Shown here: positions 9,080 through 16,825 of the stretch, piece after piece
Layout: each line of letters opens with the position of its first letter
Position numbering within the stretch: position 1 is the stretch's first letter
Assembly (NCBI GenBank): GCA_041397885.1
Contig: JAWKVV010000002.1
Coordinates: forward strand, 48,804-112,803
Length of the DNA stretch: 64,000 nt
From: Alphaproteobacteria bacterium
GTDB lineage: Bacteria > Pseudomonadota > Alphaproteobacteria > Micavibrionales > Micavibrionaceae
Reading direction: 5' to 3'
The notes under the pieces: generated by a model
The model's input: the letters and a program-made list of their open reading frames with translations, nothing else
What the model was told of the DNA's origin: nothing
Databases searched by the model: none
Made by a program: the position numbers and the translations under genes

Positions 9080-10453
9080 TTATTTAATCTTATCGACCTC
9101 GTTTTTAACGCGCGTTTGTTCTTTTTGTAATGCAGTTTCCAACATCACTGCTAAAATCATTTCGTTTCTAAGGTAACTTAAATAAAGATCACGTTTTTGC
9201 ATGAGATTAACAGCAAGGGTGGCAATATATTTACGCATGATATTGCTCGGCGCTACATGCAAGTCGCTATAAAATTCTGGATTCTGATAAATCAGTTTAG
9301 TCAAAACTTCCATTTGGGCGTTGTAACTTGGATAATCACCAATGGCGTTTCTAATTTCTGCAACTGTCATGGCGCTACCACCCATTTCTCTCATCATCGC
9401 GTAAATGAACGGTTGCGCACCTTGATCGCCACTTGTTTTCAGAGCGACCTGGGCAGCAAGGCTATTGTGAAGAACACTACGTTTTGCAAGTAAAGCACGG
9501 ACATCTAAATAAGCAAGGGCCGCCGCATCATAATTGGGTGTGCCATCTGGATTAATGAATTTATTTGCTGAAACAAAGGGGAATAAGCGGTGTCCAAAAA
9601 GATTAGCGCTTAAAGCAATAACCGCTTCCTCATCATCCGTGGCGTTGGGTTGGTTCGCAGAAAAATCAATGTCCAGTGTCGCGGGAAGATCTATAGAGGA
9701 AGTATAGCTAATGTCTCTATTATATAAATCAGTTCTGTTTTGGCTTCTTGTACAAAGTAACGCTAAGTTTTGGTTATTATCGCCCGCGTTATCATTCTTG
9801 TTGCAATATTTAAACACAAATTGGATAAGGCGATTTTCCTCATCGCTTGTTATACCATAGTAAGAGGGCGTGTCCTCCGACAAAAGTTGGCGTTGAAGAG
9901 AGCGTTTAGATAAAACAGTAGAAGTTAATCTCGAATTTTCTTCTGAAGCAGCCAAAGAACGTGCCATTGTCCCAAACTCGCAGAGTTCCTGGTCTGGGTG
10001 ATAATCTTTTTGCGCACGCGCTCTTAATTGCTGGAACAAACGCTGAGTTTCTAATTGATGTTTGGCGTCAAAAAAAGCCCCAATGATTTGCACTTGCTGC
10101 ATTGAAGACGTTGTTAATTGCTCGGTCATCAGCTGCATCGCGGCGAGTAAGCCAGGGGGATCCCCGCTTGTGGCATCGCCAAAAAAAACTCGATCCATCC
10201 ACAGACGATGTTTTCTAAATTCTTCCGTAATATGACCAAGAGTAGTCGATGAATTGCTCGAGTTACCTGTTTCGGCATTCGATACACACAGACACAAATC
10301 TTGACATGTTGTCACTATATTATTGCAAACCTGTACGCAGTTAGAGTTAACAGGACACGTTGAGGGGTAACAGTTTCCTAGCTGCGCCAAACTTGACGGG
10401 CTAAAACAGGCAAGTGTCAAAAAGCATATAATTATAAATATTATTTTTTTCAT
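9080..10453 (-). CDS. Paralog family member P3 (457 aa), exported, Cys-rich
   Basis: Signal peptide MKKIIFIIICFLTLACFSPSSLA. Cys cluster CYPSTCPVNSNCVQVCNNIVTTCQDLCLC. Core FFDAKHQLETQRLFQQLRARAQKDYHPDQELCEFGT ... YPSYNAQMEVLTKLIYQNPEFYSDL. The start overlaps the P4 stop (TAATG). Confidence 0.7.
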   Translation of the reverse strand: MKKIIFIIICFLTLACFSPSSLAQLGNCYPSTCPVNSNCVQVCNNIVTTCQDLCLCVSNAETGNSSNSSTTLGHITEEFRKHRLWMDRVFFGDATSGDPPGLLAAMQLMTEQLTTSSMQQVQIIGAFFDAKHQLETQRLFQQLRARAQKDYHPDQELCEFGTMARSLAASEENSRLTSTVLSKRSLQRQLLSEDTPSYYGITSDEENRLIQFVFKYCNKNDNAGDNNQNLALLCTRSQNRTDLYNRDISYTSSIDLPATLDIDFSANQPNATDDEEAVIALSANLFGHRLFPFVSANKFINPDGTPNYDAAALAYLDVRALLAKRSVLHNSLAAQVALKTSGDQGAQPFIYAMMREMGGSAMTVAEIRNAIGDYPSYNAQMEVLTKLIYQNPEFYSDLHVAPSNIMRKYIATLAVNLMQKRDLYLSYLRNEMILAVMLETALQKEQTRVKNEVDKIK

Positions 10454-12354
10454 TATTGATCTCCCTCACTTTCAAGAGAGATAAGTTGGGCTTCTATACG
10501 GTCAAACTCACCTCTTAGCATTTCTTCCCCGATACTTGCGAAAACACTTTCTATTTGAAGTTGATTTTCAAACATGTCTCTTTCTTGCATAGAGCGAATA
10601 GCGGCAAGCGCAACTTGTTTCCTTAAAACATTGGCGGGTTTATCGTAAAGCTCTGTGTAAAATACAGGATTTTGATAAATGCTTTTTGTTAAAACTTCCA
10701 TTTGTGCGAAATAACTGGGGTTTTGCCCTAAAAAGATATCCATATCTGCCTGAGGAACACCTAAATCAGCAACCAATCTTTTAAGATATTGCGCAGATTC
10801 TGGATCGCCTTTGGCGCGGTCCGCAACAATCGCTGAGAAAGCGTTTTGGGCAACATTTCGTTTAGCGGCAAGAGACCTTAAATCCAGATATCTATAAGCC
10901 ATTGTGTAAGGGAAACCGTTGTTATCTGCCAACAGATCGCCAGAAATACTATCTAAAGGAATATGACCGAATAAATTAGAAGTGAGGGCAAAAATATCTT
11001 CTTCATCAGGAGTTCCAGTCGCGGCAGAAGCCCCTGTAAAATCAATATCCAAGGTCAATTTGGATTCTAGAGTATTTGTAAAATCAACATCTTTATTATA
11101 GCGCGCCGCATTGGTTCCCCCTCGTGAACATAAGTGATTCAAGCCATTGGAATTGTCTGCAGGATTACAGTAATTGGTAATAAACGAAGCCATTCGGCCT
11201 TTAACATCCGCATCCTCACCGCTTCCCGCAGCCGTATCGCCGTTACGCAAACTGCGTGCTAAAAGTTGGCTAGAAAACGTCGCATGCGCCATTTTGCTTT
11301 TTTGAGTGGAGGCCGCCAAAGATCTTACATTTGTGCCAATATCGCAAATTCCTTCACTAGGTTGATAATCTTTGTGTGCTTCGGCCATCAATTGTTGGAA
11401 TAAACGCTGCGTTTCCAGTTGATGTTTTGCATCAAAAAATGTTCCGATAATGAATGCTTGTTGCATCATCATAGTGTTGAGCTGCGCTGTCATCAGGGCC
11501 ATAGCGGGTAGAATTTGTTTGACAAAAAACTCGTCAATAAGCCATGTGCGGTGAGTAATAAAACTATCCGTCATGCGCGCGCGAATCGTGCCGTGATTAT
11601 TTTCAATCGTGGGACGGCAAGTAGAACAGTTACAAACAGGGGTACAGCTTTTGCTCACAGGTCCTCTGTTGTGAACAGCAGGAAAAATTTCATAAGAACC
11701 GCTTGGTCCAGCAGATCCTGCGAGAATGCCACCACCACCGCCAAAAAGACCATTTAAGAAACTGCTTAAATTTAAAACCCCGCTTAAAAGATTAACAAGA
11801 GAAGCAGGAAGAGCTGACATAACAGCATTCATGATTGCCTGAGGACTTAAGTTTTGTAGTGCCTGTGCCGTTGCCATTAATCCTGTTATGGTTCCTATGG
11901 CTTGCTGTAATTGCGCAGGAGCTAGATTTTGTAGCTGAGCAAGTAACTGAGGGTTTTGAAAAATCTGGCTAAGATTGTTGATGTTGGTGAGTTGTCCTAA
12001 TTGCTGAAATGTCGATAGTGTTTGTGCAATGTTGGGGGGTAAATTTTGCTGAATAACATTGTTAACCAGGTTTCCTGCAGCAGCTTGGGCGGCCTGGGGT
12101 AGCTGCTGAATATTTTGTAAAATTTGTTGTGCGCTAGCAATTGGAATATTAGCTTGCTGACTAAAATTTGTAGCGGCCTGATTGAGATTAAGATTACCAC
12201 TTAAAAGCCCTTGGACAAGCTGTTGTCCTGAAAGATTTGCCGTGGGATTGCCTGTAGGATTTGGCTGTGTTTGTTGTGCTTTGGTACTCATAGGAACCAA
12301 AACCAGACAACACATTAAAATGAGGATTTTTTTCATGCTTCTTATTTTCCTCAT
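10453..12354 (-). CDS. Paralog family member P4 (633 aa): signal peptide, one Gln-rich module, Gly linker, Cys cluster, core
   Basis: Core FFDAKHQLETQRLFQQLMAEAHKDYQPSEGICDIGT ... NPSYFAQMEVLTKSIYQNPVFYTELYDKPANV. The N-terminal Q/N/A/L-rich module resembles those of P5. The ATG overlaps the P5 stop (ATGA); an alternative ATG is at 12336. Confidence 0.7.
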   Translation of the reverse strand: MRKIRSMKKILILMCCLVLVPMSTKAQQTQPNPTGNPTANLSGQQLVQGLLSGNLNLNQAATNFSQQANIPIASAQQILQNIQQLPQAAQAAAGNLVNNVIQQNLPPNIAQTLSTFQQLGQLTNINNLSQIFQNPQLLAQLQNLAPAQLQQAIGTITGLMATAQALQNLSPQAIMNAVMSALPASLVNLLSGVLNLSSFLNGLFGGGGGILAGSAGPSGSYEIFPAVHNRGPVSKSCTPVCNCSTCRPTIENNHGTIRARMTDSFITHRTWLIDEFFVKQILPAMALMTAQLNTMMMQQAFIIGTFFDAKHQLETQRLFQQLMAEAHKDYQPSEGICDIGTNVRSLAASTQKSKMAHATFSSQLLARSLRNGDTAAGSGEDADVKGRMASFITNYCNPADNSNGLNHLCSRGGTNAARYNKDVDFTNTLESKLTLDIDFTGASAATGTPDEEDIFALTSNLFGHIPLDSISGDLLADNNGFPYTMAYRYLDLRSLAAKRNVAQNAFSAIVADRAKGDPESAQYLKRLVADLGVPQADMDIFLGQNPSYFAQMEVLTKSIYQNPVFYTELYDKPANVLRKQVALAAIRSMQERDMFENQLQIESVFASIGEEMLRGEFDRIEAQLISLESEGDQ

Positions 12355-14684
12355 TTTACGTTTCTCAAATCATTATATATGCGTTGATGCTCTTTTTGAC
12401 TCATGACAGAAATGAGTGTTGCCAAAATAGCATTACTTCTTTCGATGCTGTCATAAATGTCACGATCTTGCATATTACCTATTCCCTCAAGAATGGCGGC
12501 CATACGTTCATTATTAACAGGCTTATCAATTAGATTTGTGTAGAAGTTAGGATCTTGATAAAGAATTTTTGTTAAAACTTCCATCTGCGCAAAATAACTG
12601 GGGTTAGTTCCTAGACGGTCATTAATGTCCGTGGGGTTGATGCCTGTTTCTGCCAATATTGCTTTAAGGAAAGGAGCAGCTTCGCTATCTCCTTCTGCTT
12701 TTAGGGCAGTAATCGCCGCAAAACTATTTTGGGCAACGCTACGTTTTGCTGCGATAGCGCGTATTTCTTGATAATAATTTGCGTTGTCTTTTGCAGGATT
12801 AGTGCCAGGAGGACCTGTGTTAGGATAAGTCATTAAGTCACCTGAGATGGAAGGCAGAACCTCGTTCGCAAATAAATAGCTACTTAACATGAAAACATTT
12901 TCTTCATCATCTGTCGCAGGCGGCGCAGATCCACCTTGAGTAAAATCAAGCTCAAGTGTAAGTTTGTTTTCAATGGAATTTGTATAGTCGATATCCATGT
13001 TAACTTGGTTAGGATTTGCACTTCCATTTTGACAAAGTTGCTGCAAACCACCTGCATGATCATCCATGTTACAATATTTATTGATGAAAAGAGCAAGGCG
13101 ACTTTCGCGGTCTGATTTTTCACCTTCTAAAGACAAAGCATCTCCGCTTAACAATTGTCGATCCATCATTCTGTTGGCCAAGGCAGCCTGTGTTAGATCA
13201 GATCTACGCTCCGATGTGACAAGGGAGCGTGTACCCGTTCCAATTTTACAAATCTCTTCGCTGGGGTGATAATCTTTATGGGCCTGTGCTGTTAATGTTT
13301 GGAACAGTCTCTGTGTTTCCAACTGATGTTTGGCATCAAAAAATGTTCCAATGATTTGAATTTTCTGAATACCCGTTGCGGTGAGTTCGGATGCCATGAG
13401 TCCTAGAGCAGGGGCAATTTTGTCCATGAAAAAATTATTCACAAACCAGTTACGATATTGTTCAAATTCTGCCGTTACGTGGGCGCGAATAATCTGGTGG
13501 TTTCGCTGAATAAAAGGCGCACAATTCTGACAGGCAGGAGCACAGTTAGGCGTGCAAGAACTACCACCAGTCGAAGGAGCTCCTGGGGCTCCTCCTAGCA
13601 ATGATCCGATAAGCCCTGCAACAGCGGCTTGTCCCCCTAAAGCGCTAACAAGACCAGGAGCTACGGACTGTAGTGTGGAGGCAATGGCGTTAGAAATAGC
13701 GGTTTGTGCTGCGGCCAGAGCAGCGGCAGGCAAGTTTTGAATATTGGAGACTAGGTTCGTTATTGTTCCGATTGCTTGCAAAGCTTGTTGTGGGTTCATC
13801 CCGTTTAAAGCCGAAAGAATGTTTTGATTTTGAAATAGGGAGGCAATAGCTTGAGGACTCGTTAACTGTCCAAGTTGTTGTACTGTTGATAATGCTTGCG
13901 CAATACTAGGCGGTAAATTTTGCTGTATGACCGAAGTCACTAAATTTCCTGCTGCTGCTTGAGCAGCGGCAGGTAAGTTTTGAATATTTGATAAAATTTG
14001 TTGTGCGCTTGCGATTGGAATATTGGCTTGCTGTGCAAGGGAGGTTGCGGCTTGGTTAATATTTAACCCCCCAGTGAGAACACTCTGTACAAGTTGATTG
14101 CCAGAAAAAGTAGAGGCGAATGAAGTAAGAAGATTTTGTGATAAATTCGCGGTTACAGCATTCAGTAGAGTTTGAGGGTTTATATTTTGTAAGGCTTGAG
14201 CTGTGCTCACTAGTCCCGTGACCGTGCTGATTGTTTGTTGAAGCTGTGCGGGGACAAGACTTTGTAGTTGTGAAACAAGTTGCGGGTTTTGAAATACCGC
14301 ACCAATGCTACCAGCATTCGCCAACTGCCCTAAAGTATTAAGCGTCGATAGAGTTTGCGCAACATTGGGAGGCAGGGTTTGTTGTATAACAGAATTAACC
14401 AAGTTTCCTGCCGCGGTTTGAGCTGTTTGAGGTAGATTTTGGACATTTTGTAGAATTTGCTGTGCGCTCGCAAGGGGGATATTGGCCTGTTGACTGAAGG
14501 TCGTTGCGGCTTGGTTTAAGGTGGTTGACCCATTCAGTAAATTTGTGACAATTTGCGTTCCCGCGCTTGGCGGTGTTGGTGTTTGCGCTTGAGCGTTCAC
14601 AGGGGTGATAACGCAGAAAAATATTAAAAGAATTATAAAAATTCTTTTAATATCAATATGTTGATACAAATTTACAATTTTCAT
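12351..14684 (-). CDS. Paralog family member P5 (777 aa): signal peptide, two Gln-rich modules, Gly linker, Cys cluster, core
   Basis: Signal peptide ...IFFCVITPVNA/QAQ. Tandem ~154-aa modules. Cys cluster CTPNCAPACQNCAP. Core FFDAKHQLETQRLFQTLTAQAHKDYHPSEEICKIGT ... NPSYFAQMEVLTKILYQDPNFYTNLIDKPVN. First gene of the operon, divergent from icmL. Confidence 0.7.
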   Translation of the reverse strand: MKIVNLYQHIDIKRIFIILLIFFCVITPVNAQAQTPTPPSAGTQIVTNLLNGSTTLNQAATTFSQQANIPLASAQQILQNVQNLPQTAQTAAGNLVNSVIQQTLPPNVAQTLSTLNTLGQLANAGSIGAVFQNPQLVSQLQSLVPAQLQQTISTVTGLVSTAQALQNINPQTLLNAVTANLSQNLLTSFASTFSGNQLVQSVLTGGLNINQAATSLAQQANIPIASAQQILSNIQNLPAAAQAAAGNLVTSVIQQNLPPSIAQALSTVQQLGQLTSPQAIASLFQNQNILSALNGMNPQQALQAIGTITNLVSNIQNLPAAALAAAQTAISNAIASTLQSVAPGLVSALGGQAAVAGLIGSLLGGAPGAPSTGGSSCTPNCAPACQNCAPFIQRNHQIIRAHVTAEFEQYRNWFVNNFFMDKIAPALGLMASELTATGIQKIQIIGTFFDAKHQLETQRLFQTLTAQAHKDYHPSEEICKIGTGTRSLVTSERRSDLTQAALANRMMDRQLLSGDALSLEGEKSDRESRLALFINKYCNMDDHAGGLQQLCQNGSANPNQVNMDIDYTNSIENKLTLELDFTQGGSAPPATDDEENVFMLSSYLFANEVLPSISGDLMTYPNTGPPGTNPAKDNANYYQEIRAIAAKRSVAQNSFAAITALKAEGDSEAAPFLKAILAETGINPTDINDRLGTNPSYFAQMEVLTKILYQDPNFYTNLIDKPVNNERMAAILEGIGNMQDRDIYDSIERSNAILATLISVMSQKEHQRIYNDLRNVK
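13650..14561 (-). repeat. In-frame tandem duplication (2 x ~154 codons) of a Gln/Asn/Ala/Leu-rich module inside P5
   Basis: aa 42-195 and 196-345 align. Example: QAATTFSQQANIPLASAQQILQNVQNLPQTAQTAAGNLVNSVIQQTLPPNVAQTLST versus QAATSLAQQANIPIASAQQILSNIQNLPAAAQAAAGNLVTSVIQQNLPPSIAQALST. One further copy lies in P4 (about 11755-12228). Confidence 0.75.
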
Positions 14685-14930
14685 ATTGTCTATTTTTGCC
14701 CCTAAAATAGCGCTTTAGCCATAAAATGAAACTCACTTCTAGAATTTTATCATACTCTAACACCAAAACGCACGAATCAAAAAATATGTCTTAAATTTGG
14801 GGTAGGATGTTTAAATTTGCGCTTTATCCCTTGCTTGTGGTCGAATGTTGATAGAAAGTAGTTTTTACAAAAGATTTTTGATAAAAATATAAGGCATTAT
14901 TAACTCAATTAACATTATTTCATCAAAATT

Positions 14931-15668
14931 ATGACAGAACAACAACAGGACAAAATCGCTAATCCACGACAATCACGGCCGGCGCCGCGTTCTCCAGTGC
15001 GTGGCGGAAGTCAAAAAGTCGTCCAAACGAAGTCTGATGCCGAAAGTACAAGCGGTTTAGGGAATGTTGTTTTGCGTAACGAGTACTACCGTGATGGGTA
15101 TCGCTTAGCGCTGAGAGTGTCTGTGATTCAAAGCTTTATTATTGTTGGCCTGATTGGGGCGATGTTTTTTGTCATTAAGGTCCATCAACCAGAAAACCGT
15201 TATTTTGCAACCACGGAAGATGGGAGATTGATTCCTATGGTGGCGCTTAGCCAGCCGAATTTAAGTAATCCTGCCTTGATGTCGTGGGTGGCTCAGGCCG
15301 CAACGGAAACGATGACATTTGGTTTCAGTGATTATCGCCGCCGTCTGCAAGAATCTTCCAGAAACTTTACGAAACGGGGATGGGAGAGCTTTACGAATGC
15401 GCTTCAAAGTGCCCGTATTATCGAATCGATCGAATCAAATGCGCAAGTTATTACGGCTGCGCCAAGGGGGGCTCCTGTATTACAGTCTGAAGGGGTTGTA
15501 AACGGCCAATATCAATGGATTGTTCAAATTCCGATGGTGCTGTCTTATCAATCAGGGTCATTGACACGTTCGGAAAACTGGCTTGTGACGCTGGTTGTTG
15601 TTCGTGTTCCGCGTCTGGAAAGCCCCAACGGTGTTGGGATAGCACAGTGGATTGCAGTTAAAGGTTAA
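14931..15668 (+). CDS. icmL: IcmL/DotI (TraM-like) T4BSS inner-membrane protein
   Basis: 245 aa with one TM helix, then LSNPALMSWVAQAATETMTFGFSDYRRRLQESSRNFTKRGWESF ... WLVTLVVVRVP, typical of the IcmL/DotI family. Followed by icmK-icmE-icmG. Confidence 0.7.
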   Translation: MTEQQQDKIANPRQSRPAPRSPVRGGSQKVVQTKSDAESTSGLGNVVLRNEYYRDGYRLALRVSVIQSFIIVGLIGAMFFVIKVHQPENRYFATTEDGRLIPMVALSQPNLSNPALMSWVAQAATETMTFGFSDYRRRLQESSRNFTKRGWESFTNALQSARIIESIESNAQVITAAPRGAPVLQSEGVVNGQYQWIVQIPMVLSYQSGSLTRSENWLVTLVVVRVPRLESPNGVGIAQWIAVKG

Positions 15669-15679
15669 GTATTCAAAGA

Positions 15680-16825
15680 ATGATTGTAAAAGACATGAGT
15701 AAATTACTGTCACAAGGATTCAGGGTTTTCACGCTGTCGGCTCTGGCATTGTCGTGCTATGGGATAGCTCCTGCTCTGGCGCAAAATGAGTTGAGTTTGG
15801 ATGATTTTCTAAAAGAAAATGAAGCGTTGATGGAAACGCCATCAAAAAAGAAAAAAGAAAGCCCAATCGCCCTTGAAACTGGGAAAAGCAAGGATGGAAG
15901 CGCATTACCAGATGTGGCTGAAACACGGCTGAGTGTAGAAGATACAGGTATGGACGCTGATCAGTCTGGTCTAAGAATGTCTGTTGATGAACTTGGTGTT
16001 ATACAACAATCCGAAGAAGAGTTGGCAGAAGAAATTCGTCAGGAAGCTTTTGATGCAGCAATCACTGGATTGTTTCCTTTGCGCCCAGAAAATATCAGAC
16101 AGCTTTTGCGTGAATATGATACAACAAGACGGGCCGCTGAAGAGCCTATCAATGGGATTCCCACGCCTGAGGTAAAAGTTGAAACAATTTCTTTAGATCC
16201 TGGTGTTGCGCCAATGGTTTTAAAAACGGCAACTGGGCATATCACAACGTTGAATATTTTAGATGCAACAGGTGCGCCGTGGCCTATTCAGGATGTGGGT
16301 TGGGCAGGTGATTTCGAAGTGGTTGAGCCAGAGGAAGGTAGTCACATTATTCGCATTACCCCTATGTCGATCGCAGCCTACGGAAATATGTCGATTCGTC
16401 TATTGGAGCTTCAAACACCTGTAACCATTTCACTTTCTACGAGCAAAGATGAGGTTCAGTATCGCGTGGATGCGCGTATTCCGCAGCTTGGTCCTTTTGC
16501 GCAGGCACAGTTAATTGATGGAGGAAGTGAGCGTGTAGCAGGCGATTCAACCTTGATGGCTGTTTTGGATGGTGTGCCGCCAAATGGTGCAACAAAGTTG
16601 GAAGTTAGCGGTGTTGATGGCCGCACAACTGCATATAGTTTGAATAATAAAACATATGTTCGTACACCTTTGACTTTGCTTTCACCAGGATGGGATCAAT
16701 CTGTTTCTTCAGCAGATGGAATGAATGTTTATACCTTGAATGAGACCCCTGTTTTGCTTTTATCGGACAATGGCAGATTTGCCCGTGCTAATTTGACAAT
16801 CGGAAAGGATTTGCTCGATGAGTGA
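15680..16825 (+). CDS. icmK: IcmK/DotH (TraN-like) T4BSS outer-membrane core protein
   Basis: 381 aa with a signal peptide. The conserved C-terminal half (TGHITTLNILDATGAPWPIQDVGWAGDFEV ... VQYRVDARIP) and its position between icmL and icmE support the call. Confidence 0.65.
   Translation: MIVKDMSKLLSQGFRVFTLSALALSCYGIAPALAQNELSLDDFLKENEALMETPSKKKKESPIALETGKSKDGSALPDVAETRLSVEDTGMDADQSGLRMSVDELGVIQQSEEELAEEIRQEAFDAAITGLFPLRPENIRQLLREYDTTRRAAEEPINGIPTPEVKVETISLDPGVAPMVLKTATGHITTLNILDATGAPWPIQDVGWAGDFEVVEPEEGSHIIRITPMSIAAYGNMSIRLLELQTPVTISLSTSKDEVQYRVDARIPQLGPFAQAQLIDGGSERVAGDSTLMAVLDGVPPNGATKLEVSGVDGRTTAYSLNNKTYVRTPLTLLSPGWDQSVSSADGMNVYTLNETPVLLLSDNGRFARANLTIGKDLLDE

Noticed and set aside
11755-14561. 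Repetitive DNA that might be a CRISPR array or a non-coding satellite.
   Set aside because: The repeats are ~460-nt in-frame coding modules with diverged sequence. They have no short direct repeats with unique spacers, and no cas genes are nearby.
5295-14684. Paralog family as flagellin or hook-associated proteins, given the Gln/Asn/Ala-rich sequence next to flgK.
   Set aside because: They have Sec signal peptides, Cys clusters and a hydrophobic segment. They lack the conserved N- and C-terminal helices of flagellar axial proteins, which are exported without signal peptides.
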